Source of the DNA: an uncultured Chloroflexia bacterium
GTDB lineage: Bacteria > Chloroflexota > Ktedonobacteria > Ktedonobacterales > JADMIN01
Direction of reading: 5' to 3'
DNA length: 32,000 bases
Assembly (NCBI GenBank): GCA_963718915.1
Contig: CAVRAI010000006.1
Coordinates: 90,001-122,000, forward strand
The position numbers were made by a program, and so were the translations under genes. A model generated the notes under the pieces. The model was not told where the DNA came from, ran no database searches, and saw only the letters and a program-made list of their open reading frames with translations. Of the stretch, positions 15,716 through 24,448 are shown piece after piece. Position 1 is the first letter of the stretch. Every line of letters starts with the position of its first letter.

Positions 15716-17167
15716 TCAGACGGCGATCTGCTCCACTTCGAGCAAATCGGTGTCTGGCGTGTCCGACGTGTCTGGCTCTGAGTCGTTCTGCGTGCGGTTC
15801 TCGCGTACCTTTAAGACAAGGGCCGCGCCCAGCACCAGAAAGACGGTTGCCAGCCCAAAGACGCCGCGATAGCCAATGGCCGTCTGGCCGACGTCGCTTG
15901 CCAGGATAATCACCGCGCTGCCAAGCACCGGCGCAATCACGGCCGGGAGCGTCGAGGCCATGCTCCACATGCCCAGGTCGCGGCCGGCGGCATGGCGCGA
16001 GGGCAGCGTATCCACCGCCAGCGCGACATCGACACTCATGTACGCCCCGTAGCCCAGTCCGAAGAGCAGACCGAGAGGCCAGAGCGGAATCTGTCCGGGC
16101 GCGACGACGAAGATCAGCGCCGCGGCAGCCATGAATGCCGACGCCACCGCGACGATAGGCGCGCGCCGCCCGATGCGATCCGACAGCATACCCACTAGCA
16201 AGGTGCTTGCCACCGCCCCCGCCAGCGAGAGAATGGCGATGACCGCCGTGGCCTGGACGAAGTTCGTCACGTGCGCGACGCGGGCGAAATAATACTCGAT
16301 ATAGGTCATGAAGAGCGCCAGCCCCAGCATCACAAAGGCGCGGGTCAGGAAGACCCAGCGGAAGTTGGCCTGACGCCACGGATGGAGCAGCGGCGCCCAG
16401 CGTGACCCGCCTGCCTCGGTTGATGCGCCCTGCTCGTCCGCATGTTCATCTGGATGCTGCGCATTGCGCGAACCTAAGCGCCGCGCCCAGGTGTTCTCTT
16501 TGATGAGCAGCAGTGGGAGTGTCGCGAAGACGGTCAGAACGCCCGCCGCAACAGTGTAGAAGAGCGCAGCGCCGTGCGCGATGCCCGACGTCGCCGCGCC
16601 GCCACTCGTAGAGGCGCCCAGCAGGATGGATGCCACCGCCAGGCTGCCAACGGTGCCGAGCAGCGTCATCAGCCCGACGAAGCCAGAGGCGGCTCCGCGC
16701 TGATGGATCGGCACGCAATCGGGGACCAGTCCCTGGGACGCGGTGGAACTGATGGTGTTGGCGACGAGCACAATGAACAGCCCGCCGATGAAGAGGACGA
16801 CATTATGTGAGAGCGCCAGCAGCGCCAGGCCGATCAGCAGCCCGACGGCGCCCGCGAGCATAAATGGCCGTCTCCGCCCGAAGCGCGTGCGTGTGCGATC
16901 AGAGAGCGCGCCGATGGTTGGCTGGAGGATGAGCGCCGTCACCGCGCCCAGCGCCGCCATCGCGCCGAGGAACAACGCCTGTTGCGCATTGCCCGCCGAG
17001 CCAGGCGCCACAAAGAGCAGAATCTGCGCCGGAATCACGACGGGCAGCAGCGCCGCGAACTGGAAGTTGAGCGCGAACCAGGGGAGGCTCATCCCCAGCA
17101 ATTCGCGCCGCGAGAGTTGTGGCTTTTCGGATAGGCTTGCGCCAGGCATATCTATCGGAGTTGACAC
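15716..17167 (-). CDS. MFS transporter
   Basis: Twelve hydrophobic helices with a hydrophilic central loop. ALSDRTRTRFGRRRPF loop motif. In tandem with, and 50 bp upstream of, the other MFS gene. Confidence 0.9.
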   Translation of the reverse strand: MSTPIDMPGASLSEKPQLSRRELLGMSLPWFALNFQFAALLPVVIPAQILLFVAPGSAGNAQQALFLGAMAALGAVTALILQPTIGALSDRTRTRFGRRRPFMLAGAVGLLIGLALLALSHNVVLFIGGLFIVLVANTISSTASQGLVPDCVPIHQRGAASGFVGLMTLLGTVGSLAVASILLGASTSGGAATSGIAHGAALFYTVAAGVLTVFATLPLLLIKENTWARRLGSRNAQHPDEHADEQGASTEAGGSRWAPLLHPWRQANFRWVFLTRAFVMLGLALFMTYIEYYFARVAHVTNFVQATAVIAILSLAGAVASTLLVGMLSDRIGRRAPIVAVASAFMAAAALIFVVAPGQIPLWPLGLLFGLGYGAYMSVDVALAVDTLPSRHAAGRDLGMWSMASTLPAVIAPVLGSAVIILASDVGQTAIGYRGVFGLATVFLVLGAALVLKVRENRTQNDSEPDTSDTPDTDLLEVEQIAV

Positions 17168-17600
17168 CGTATTGAGAATCTCCTTGCGTTTCCTTCGAGG
17201 GGGGTGTCTACGGGAGCTATCCTTGCCCAGCGGCAGGCCAACGACAGTCCATCAAAGTCTATTCAGTGTACGTCTCGATGCGCCGATGCGGTCAAAGCAG
17301 GTGAAGCGGTGATAGCGCGCACGCCACGCGGCTGGCACGGGGTTTGTGACAAGGCGACGCCGTCGGGCGGATGGCCCATTTGTCTATTGCGATGAATGTC
17401 ATAGCGCGCTGGATGGCGACCGGGCATGATGTGTGCGGGAGAATGAACTATCCGCGAGGCTGCGGGGATGCGCGCGGCGCTCTTGCGAGATGGCGCGGGC
17501 GCCGCATATGCTGAAACAGGCGAAAAACAGGCGCAAAAACGTTGCTCGCCGAGCCGATATCATCTTCCCTGGCACAGCGCCGCACAGAAGGGGGCAAGCC

Positions 17601-18923
17601 ATGTTACCGGATTCGATGTCGTCTGATGTCCCGCCGCCCGATGCGGGAAATGCCGGGGATGCTGGAGATGCGCTGCCGCCGCTGCTTGGCCTCCGCAATA
17701 TCTCGCCATTGCGCATGGCGAAGATACACCCTCCCGAAGAATATGTGGACCGGGCGCGCTACGAAATCGCCACGGTACTCCAGTATTGGGGATATCGACC
17801 GGAACTCTGGAACATCATCGGCTTCACCGCCTCCGCGACCGACCGGCTCTCCGCCGCGGCCCCCGTCGCGCACCCCATCGTCGAGGTGGTGATGCAGTCG
17901 CCAGTGGTATGCAGTCGCCAGTGGTGGTGCGCTGCCAGCCCATGAGCCTGTCAGAGCGCGATATCGTCGCCCGGCATGCGTTTATGCGTTATCTTACCGC
18001 GCGTGGCCTGCCGGTTCCGGCGCTGCTGAGTCGCCCCGAAGGCAGCGGCTATGCGGTGGTGCCGGTGGTGCCCCTGACCGATCCACAGCAGGCGGATGGC
18101 TTCAGCTACGTGCTGGAGAACGCTATCTACGACGTGCAGGTCTATGCTGCCGGGGCGGCGCTTCGTGACGGATGGCCCCTCCGAAGATAGCTATCTGGAG
18201 GCGGCGGCGCGGACCCTCGCCGCGTTGCACACTGCCTCGCTGGAATATCCCGGGCCAGCGCACCGGTGGCCGCCGGAGCGCTCGGCGCTGGCGTTCGCCC
18301 GGCTCTATTTGACGCGCATTGCCGAAGCCAGCCATGGCGCGGAGGTGTCGCGCACGCTTGCCACCGGGCTGCGGCGGCTGGCCCGCGAGGGCGCGCGGTG
18401 GGTCACGGTGGCGGCGGAGCGCATCGAACGAGATTCAGACCTCCCGCGTCTGCACATCCACGGCGATTACCAGCCGCACAATCTCGCTTTCGAGGCGGAT
18501 AGCGTCTGTGCGATCTACGATTTCGATGCGATGCGCTGGGAGTGGCGCATCCTCGAGCTGGCCTATGCGCTGCTGGCATTCACCGGGCTGCGCTGGGAGG
18601 ATGAGACGGCGGCATCGGTGGCCGGGGCGACACCGCCGCTGGTCGCACGCGGGCTTGATCTGGAACGCGCGCGGGCATTCCTCGCGGCGTACGGGAAAAT
18701 CGCGAAGCCACAGCCCGGCGAGGCGGAGCTGCTTGGCGACGCGCTGCTGCTGGTGTTGCCGGTCATCTTTGTCAATGGAATCGCCGACGACCTCATCTCC
18801 GCCGAGCCGAATGGCCGCTCCATCTACTCGCAGCGGGAGTGCCGGGCGCACCTCGAATGGGCCGAGACGTTCCCCGCCTGGGTCGAGACGCAGCGCACGG
18901 CGCTCCGCGACGCCTGGCGGTGA
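17601..18923 (+). pseudogene. APH-family phosphotransferase (aminoglycoside/homoserine-kinase-II/CotS-like), disrupted
   Basis: The protein continues across three frames: ...PIVEVVMQSPVV | VRCQPMSLSERDIVARHAF...YDVQVYAAG | RRFVTDGPSEDSYLEAAARTLAALH...RLHIHGDYQPHNLAF...IYDFDAM. These are Brenner HxDxxxxN and DFD motifs. 1323 nt minus 17 minus 1 = 435 codons exactly. Confidence 0.8.
17892..17925 (+). repeat. perfect 17-bp tandem duplication ATGCAGTCGCCAGTGGT x2
   Basis: Read directly: 17892-17908 equals 17909-17925. Both copies encode MQSPVV in successive frames. Confidence 0.95.
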
Positions 18924-19136
18924 GTCCTTAGCGACTGACGATCAGCCGATACGATGCGCCGCTCTGACAGCGCGTTGTGCTATAACACGGCAGAAGTTAG
19001 ACGTGCTGGCATCTGGCATTTTGAGACGCTGCCGCAGCAAAAGCGCTGTGGTCAATCTCCTATCTATTCGCCGTGGCATTCGGGTTACGGCAGGTCTTCC
19101 CACAGAGATAATGCGGAGCCTGAGAGGAGAATCCCG

Positions 19137-19547
19137 ATGACGAATGCTCGCCCAATGCGCAGTATGCCCGCGAAGATCTACCAGTCATCACTACGGGTGA
19201 TGGTCGCGGTTCCGATGCCCGGCCTGGAGCCAGAGGATATCAGTGTCGAGATCACGCCTGCCTCTCACCTCATCATTCGCGGCCGCCAGCGCGGTGAGTT
19301 GAAAGGGCTGAAACAGGAACTGCTCAATGAGTGGAACGCGGGCGACGCCGAGCGTGAGATCGCGCTGCCGGTCGCGGTGGATGGCGCGATGGCCAATGTC
19401 ACCTATGGCAATGGTGTCCTGGTGGTGGCGCTCCCCATCGTCTCACAGACGCAGCCCGCGAGCCTGACGCTGACCGCGCTTACGGCGACACGCGGCCTCT
19501 ACGCGGGCAACATGGGCCGTCCAATTCGTCCTTACGCCCGCGCATAG
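19137..19547 (+). CDS. small heat-shock protein, Hsp20/alpha-crystallin family
   Basis: GAGAGGAGA precedes ATG 19137. LRVMVAVPMPGLEPEDISVEI...REIALPVAVDGAMANVTYGNGVLVVALP matches the alpha-crystallin domain pattern. Confidence 0.85.
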   Translation: MTNARPMRSMPAKIYQSSLRVMVAVPMPGLEPEDISVEITPASHLIIRGRQRGELKGLKQELLNEWNAGDAEREIALPVAVDGAMANVTYGNGVLVVALPIVSQTQPASLTLTALTATRGLYAGNMGRPIRPYARA

Positions 19548-19577
19548 CCGTGTCTTTTCGACAACAGACCGTTGCTC

Positions 19578-20090
19578 TCAGCCGCCATTGGGAGCGATAC
19601 GGCGGCGCGCTATCTGTTCAGCGGTCCCGTCGCCTGGCTCGGTGACCAGTTCGAGATGATCCACCCACTTGACACTGGTAAAGCAGGCGCCACCGGGAAG
19701 AACCAGCCGCCACGGCGCTCCATGCTCCGCCGTGAGTGGCGCGTCATTCAGGCAATCGCAGAGCAGCGCGCCCTCCAGATCGGTGAGCGAAAGCGCGAGC
19801 CAGTAGTCTCCCGCATAGACCCGCAGGAAGCGCGCCTCCGGCAGCGGGCCGCGGCGAGCAACAATCTCGCGCAGGAGAATGCCTTCCCACACTAACCCAT
19901 CCACCGACCACCCTTCCTCGCACACGAAGGGCTCGTCCAGCCGTCCCCGTGGGAGCGCGCTGAGCTCCTCCGCCGAGAGCGTCCCTGGCCGCGCAATCAA
20001 ACCGCTGAGCCTGAGCGCGCCTCGTTCGCCATCAGGTTGCTGCTGGTTGTTGACCTGGGGATGGACTGGCAGCGCGTCATATCTATCCAT
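19578..20090 (-). CDS. small molybdopterin-dependent oxidoreductase domain protein (sulfite-oxidase-fold)
   Basis: FVCEEGWSVDGLVWEGILL and LNDAPLTAEHGAPWRLVLPGGACFTSVKWVDHLEL match the Oxidored_molyb pattern. Confidence 0.8.
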   Translation of the reverse strand: MDRYDALPVHPQVNNQQQPDGERGALRLSGLIARPGTLSAEELSALPRGRLDEPFVCEEGWSVDGLVWEGILLREIVARRGPLPEARFLRVYAGDYWLALSLTDLEGALLCDCLNDAPLTAEHGAPWRLVLPGGACFTSVKWVDHLELVTEPGDGTAEQIARRRIAPNGG

Positions 20091-20114
20091 ACCTGTGCCT
20101 CCATTCGGGACGAG

Positions 20115-20903
20115 TCAGTCCGCGAATAAGCGTCGGAACTCGTCGGGCGGCAAGGCATCCAGCGCCATGCTGGTGAAGGTTCCCTGTTCCAGGATTTCTT
20201 GCGCGGCACGGCGGATAGCGCCGAAGGCGACGCGCGTGAACCCGCCGCCAAAGCTGACGCGGGCGACGCCGAGGCTGGCCAGTTCTGGGATCGTGGGGGT
20301 GCGCGGGCTGGCCAGGATGTTGATCGGGCCGTTGATGCCGCGCGCCAGAGCGGCAATAGTGTCCGCATCGCTGGCGCCAATGGGGAAGACGCAGTCCGCT
20401 CCCGCCGCCAAATAGGCGTTGCCGCGCTGCGTCGCCTCAGTCAGCCGACTCGCCGCGTCGCCCACGTTGTAGAGATACACATCGGTGCGCGCATTGATGA
20501 CCAGCGGAACGCCCCACTCACTGGCCGCCGCGCGAATCGCCGCGATCAGATCCACCTGCGCTGTCTGGCTCACCAGCGCGGGCGCGCCGTGTTCGAGCGA
20601 GTCCTCGATGTTGACGCCGACGGCCCCCGCGTCCACTACCTGCCGGATCGTGTCGAGTTTCGCGTCCATGTCGTCGCCATAGCCCGCCTCGATATCCGCC
20701 GTGACGGGGCAATCCACCGCCGCCGCAATGCGCCGAATCGTCTCGATCATCAGCGCGCGAGGCATCCGCTCGCCGTCGGGATAGCCGTTGGCGGCGGCGA
20801 CGCCGGAACTGGTGGTGGCGATGGCGCGAAAGCCAAGCTGTGCGAAGATGCGGGCGCTGGCGGCGTCCCAGGCGTTCGGCAGCAGGAGCATCGGCGGCTG
20901 CAA
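20115..20903 (-). CDS. isocitrate lyase / PEP mutase family enzyme (2-methylisocitrate-lyase-like)
   Basis: LLLPNAWDAASARIFAQLGFRAIATTSSGVA...GVNIEDS motifs. The annotated start is TTG 20903. See the finding about an out-of-frame RBS and ATGATG at 20983. Confidence 0.85.
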   Translation of the reverse strand: MQPPMLLLPNAWDAASARIFAQLGFRAIATTSSGVAAANGYPDGERMPRALMIETIRRIAAAVDCPVTADIEAGYGDDMDAKLDTIRQVVDAGAVGVNIEDSLEHGAPALVSQTAQVDLIAAIRAAASEWGVPLVINARTDVYLYNVGDAASRLTEATQRGNAYLAAGADCVFPIGASDADTIAALARGINGPINILASPRTPTIPELASLGVARVSFGGGFTRVAFGAIRRAAQEILEQGTFTSMALDALPPDEFRRLFAD

Positions 20904-21020
20904 ATGCCACTGTCGCAGTTGCTCGGCGAGCGCTTGCTGCGTCTCCGCGTCTGCCGTGGTTGTGGCGTTGCGCTACTCATCATTGCCCTCCCCTCTCGTC
21001 ACGGCGTCGCCGCTACGTCC

Positions 21021-21482
21021 TTATTCGGTCTTGCGTGGCTGGTAGGTTCCCGGCACGGTGCGGAAGCTGATGGCGAGGCGGTTCCAGCCATTGATAGCGA
21101 TGATGGCGAGCGTCAGGTTGGCCAGTTCCTGTTCGCTGAACTGCTCGCGCGCCTGCTCGTACACGTCGTCGGGCACATGCGTCTCGGCGACCAGCGTCAC
21201 CGCCTCCGTCCATGCCAGGGCGGCGCGTTCGCGGTCAGTGTAGAACGGCGTCTCACGCCAGGCGCTCAGCGCGTAGAGGCGCTGCTCCGTCTCGCCACGG
21301 GCGCGGGCGTCCTTGGTGTGCATATCCAGACAGTAGGCGCAGCCGTTGATCTGCGAGGCGCGCGTCTTGACCAGTTCGAGCAGCGACGGCTCCAGCGAGC
21401 TTTCGCGGACGTGTCGCTCTAACTGGCTCATCGCCTGCGAAACGCCGGGCGCGGCCTTCTGATATTCCATACGCGATTGCAT
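21021..21482 (-). CDS. carboxymuconolactone decarboxylase / AhpD-like family protein
   Basis: LVKTRASQINGCAYCLDMHTKDA (CxxC) and ...LAIIAINGWNRL. AAGGAG lies upstream of ATG 21482. Confidence 0.88.
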   Translation of the reverse strand: MQSRMEYQKAAPGVSQAMSQLERHVRESSLEPSLLELVKTRASQINGCAYCLDMHTKDARARGETEQRLYALSAWRETPFYTDRERAALAWTEAVTLVAETHVPDDVYEQAREQFSEQELANLTLAIIAINGWNRLAISFRTVPGTYQPRKTE

Positions 21483-21740
21483 ACGATCAGTCTCCTTGTT
21501 ACTTGTTCTTTCACTCACGTGTGCGCCGTATACCATAAATCACCGTAGGCGCGGCGCGCGGAAGGGTCAGCGACATTTGTCGCACTGTGATACGACCACT
21601 ACATATGATACAGTGGGGAGATGTGGCGGGCCATTGGCGTTTGGCGTGAAATGTGCTGGCGTGAACAGAGACGACGCGCTATAAGCTCTAATGGAGAGCT
21701 GTGAGGCTGATTGGATACGGGAAGCAAGGAGCAGACACCA

Positions 21741-22409
21741 ATGAGAATCTTTCTTGATACCGCGGACATCGACGAGATTCGCGAGGCGGCCCGCTGGGGC
21801 ATCCTCAGCGGCGTCACGACGAACCCTACGCTCATGATGAAGAGTGGTGGCAAGAGCCACGAGGCGGTGATCCGCGAGATTGCCGAGATCGTGGATGGCC
21901 CCATCAGCGCCGAGACCATCAGCCTGGATACGGAGGGCATGCTCGTGGAGGCGCGCCGCTTCGCGAAGTGGCATTCCAACGTCGTCGTCAAGGTGCCATC
22001 GACGCCCAACGGCTGGGCGGCGGTGAAGCTGCTCAAGGAGGAGGGCATCCGCACTAATGTGACGCTCTGCTTCAGCGCGAATCAGGCGCTCTTCGCCGCG
22101 CTGGCGGGCGCCTACATCATCAGCCCGTTCGTTGGGCGGCTGGACGACATCTCCGAGGATGGCATGCAGGTCGTGCGCGACACCGTCGAGATTTACCACA
22201 AACACAATCTGCCGACGCTCGTGCTTGCCGCAAGCATCCGCCATCCGCTGCATATCATCGACGCCGCTAAAGCGGGTGCGGATATCGCGACGGTGCCTTT
22301 CAAAGTGTTGGAACTGGCGGCAAAGCATCCGCTGACCGACAAGGGCATCGAGAACTTCCTGAAAGACTGGCAGAAGTTCACCGAGGAGACCGGCGGCAGG
22401 CAGGCCTGA
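21741..22409 (+). CDS. tal: transaldolase, short type (Fsa/TalC-like, type 3B)
   Basis: [13 protein letters not shown]...GVTTNPTL...VVVKVPST...NVTLCFS...[10 protein letters not shown] are classic short-transaldolase motifs. AAGGAG precedes ATG 21741. Confidence 0.93.
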   Translation: MRIFLDTADIDEIREAARWGILSGVTTNPTLMMKSGGKSHEAVIREIAEIVDGPISAETISLDTEGMLVEARRFAKWHSNVVVKVPSTPNGWAAVKLLKEEGIRTNVTLCFSANQALFAALAGAYIISPFVGRLDDISEDGMQVVRDTVEIYHKHNLPTLVLAASIRHPLHIIDAAKAGADIATVPFKVLELAAKHPLTDKGIENFLKDWQKFTEETGGRQA

Positions 22410-22417
22410 GCGCGGAC

Positions 22418-22453
22418 GTGATGGTGGTGATGGCAGTGATGGCAGTGATGGCA
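22418..22453. repeat. 9-bp tandem repeat GTGATGGCA x3 preceded by degenerate GTGATGGTG
   Basis: Read directly in the tal-hemerythrin intergenic region. Confidence 0.9.
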
Positions 22454-22576
22454 GTATGACAAAAGTCGCTGCCATTCGTGGTCGTGCCGCGCCATACTAC
22501 AGGTGACGACTTGAATTGCCTGGCGCGTCGTGCGCCAGCGCCATCCATCTGCACGCTAGTAAGGACGAACATCTGT

Positions 22577-23344
22577 ATGAGCGCCACGACCACCCATGAC
22601 CTGAGCGCCGCGATTCGCGCGCATCACCGCGCCCTCGCGGATACGCTGGATAACTACACCTCCGAGGTAGAGGCTGGCGTCGCGGAACTCGGCGCCGCGC
22701 ACCTCGTCGAACTTCTCGACGGGCTGACGGGCTTCCTCAGCGGGGATCTGCTGCCGCATGCCGCGGGCGAAGAGAAGACACTTTATCCCGCGCTCGATCC
22801 GATCATTCGCGAACATGGCTCGCCGACCGCGACGATGCGTGTCGACCATGAATACATCGGCGACTACGCCCGACAGATCGCCGAGACGGCGCGCGCCCTG
22901 CGCTCCGCCGACCAGCATACCCGAACGGATCTGGCGCGCGGGCTGGCGCGCCAACTGATTCAGCTACAAGGGCTATTCAGCGTGCATCTGGCCAAGGAGG
23001 AGCGCGTCTACCTGCCGCTTATCGAGCAGGCAATCTCCGCCGGGGATCAGCAGGCGTTGCTCGCGGCGCTGCACGATGAAGCCGATGGTGTGGCAGAGAC
23101 AACCGCTGCCGAAGCCGAAGCCGATACCCTTGAGGTGCGCCACCTGCCACCGGCCCAGCGCCATCAGGTGATCTTCGAGCGCTTCGACGCGCTGCCGGTT
23201 GGCGGGAGCTTTGTCCTGGTCAACGATCACGACCCCAAGCCGCTCTACTATCAGCTTGTCGCCGAATATCAGGGACAACTGCTCTGGCAGTACCTGGAAG
23301 AGGGGCCAGAGGTGTGGCGCGTGCGCATGGGCAAAGCCAGTTAA
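22577..23344 (+). CDS. hemerythrin (HHE cation-binding) domain fused to a C-terminal DUF2249 domain
   Basis: N-terminal H...HxxxE.. / H..E helices (LLPHAAGEEKTLYP, VDHEYI, SVHLAKEERVYLP). C-terminal LEVRHLPPAQRHQVIFERF...FVLVNDHDPKPLYYQL...WRVRMGK is the DUF2249 pattern. Confidence 0.85.
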   Translation: MSATTTHDLSAAIRAHHRALADTLDNYTSEVEAGVAELGAAHLVELLDGLTGFLSGDLLPHAAGEEKTLYPALDPIIREHGSPTATMRVDHEYIGDYARQIAETARALRSADQHTRTDLARGLARQLIQLQGLFSVHLAKEERVYLPLIEQAISAGDQQALLAALHDEADGVAETTAAEAEADTLEVRHLPPAQRHQVIFERFDALPVGGSFVLVNDHDPKPLYYQLVAEYQGQLLWQYLEEGPEVWRVRMGKAS

Positions 23345-23520
23345 GGAAAGCACCCAGGCGCGTGAACATGGCGCATGATGTAGTTTCACTTGTTCTTCCG
23401 AACACCATATGTCGTGGGAGGCGAGGCAGACCGTAGCATGATGTGGTTTTAGCAATTACGAGGGACATGCGCGGAGGGGCGCGGGCGGTTCAAACCGCGC
23501 CTTTGGGGCCTGCGGCCACC

Positions 23521-23540
23521 AAGTCCGCCGTCGCGGACTT
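23521..23540. repeat. perfect hairpin AAGTCCGC-CGTC-GCGGACTT
   Basis: Read directly. One of several GC-rich hairpins in the convergent intergenic region 23345-23896. Confidence 0.85.
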
Positions 23541-23707
23541 CCCAGACCGTGTCCTAGCGCGCTACCCACTGGCGAGCGGTTCTGGGCAACCCGCGCAGGC
23601 GGGTTTCGTGGCGGAGCGTGCGCAGCAGGCGCAGCAGGCGAGGCCCTTCAGGCGCGACTTCAGTCGCCCGCCTCCTGGCGTGCCCTTCCTATTTTGTAAA
23701 ACTGCAT

Positions 23708-23755
23708 AATGCTCCGGCGAATTTCCCGCTTCCCAGGCCCATTCGCCGGAGCATT
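23708..23755. repeat. perfect 15-bp inverted repeat AATGCTCCGGCGAAT-N18-ATTCGCCGGAGCATT
   Basis: Read directly, arms 23708-23722 and 23741-23755. Lies between two convergent genes. Confidence 0.9.
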
Positions 23756-23896
23756 CACGCTACGGCCTGCTCACCCCACTGCAATGCCCGTGTCCGTCGC
23801 AAATTCAAAACTACAGCATGCGCTGCCGGGGCGGGTGTGGTGGGCGAACCTATTGTCACGAGGGGATCACTCACCACACTCGTCCTCTTTATACCG

Positions 23897-24448
23897 CTAC
23901 CGCAATGAAGATAACCGGACGTCCAGCGCATGGAGCACGCGAGCAAGCAACACCTCGCGCCAGTCGGGTCGCGCCAGCAGCGCCGCCGCGGGCCCATCGC
24001 TTACCTGCTCCCGCTCCATGGCCGAGAGCCGCCCGAAATCGAGCCGTATATCCAGGAAAGCCACGCCATCGTGCGCTTCTACCTTGATCTGACACACGCG
24101 CAGTGGCGGCGTCCTGTCGTGTATTGCGATCTCCCACCGCTGCTGGATAACGCAAGGGCGACCAAACGCGCCCTCGATCACCTCAGCAACGGAGTGCGCG
24201 GCAGTTTCACCGAGCTGCTCAGGCGACGCGTGCAGGCGCAGAATCAGTATCGCCTGCACCTGCTCGCGACAATCCTCATTCACATCCGACAGATCGCTCA
24301 GGACAAGCGTGCCCGATGCGGCCCCCGCGCTGGCGAGTTCGCGCGCGCTGGCGACAGGATCGGCGGCCCCAGGCTTGTAGGCCAGCGGGTTGCCAAGCCA
24401 CCATCCATGCACCGCGAGGCGTAGCGCCTTGAGGTCGAGGCGTGTCAT
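23897..24448 (-). CDS. hypothetical protein, translationally coupled to the DUF2249 gene
   Basis: 183-aa ORF whose ATG overlaps the upstream stop (ATGA at 24445-24448). No family recognised. Confidence 0.7.
   Translation of the reverse strand: MTRLDLKALRLAVHGWWLGNPLAYKPGAADPVASARELASAGAASGTLVLSDLSDVNEDCREQVQAILILRLHASPEQLGETAAHSVAEVIEGAFGRPCVIQQRWEIAIHDRTPPLRVCQIKVEAHDGVAFLDIRLDFGRLSAMEREQVSDGPAAALLARPDWREVLLARVLHALDVRLSSLR

Noticed and set aside
20199-21422. 407-aa plus-strand ORF
   Set aside because: It is antisense to both the PEP-mutase-family and AhpD-like genes. Its Arg/Gly/Ala-rich content marks it as a shadow ORF.
22418-22453. Possible CRISPR array or leader
   Set aside because: The units are only 9 bp, directly abutting with no spacers, and there are only four of them. 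It is a microsatellite. No CRISPR-like repeat-spacer structure occurs anywhere in the window.
21567-22475. 302-aa minus-strand ORF
   Set aside because: It is antisense to the transaldolase gene, which has unambiguous family motifs.
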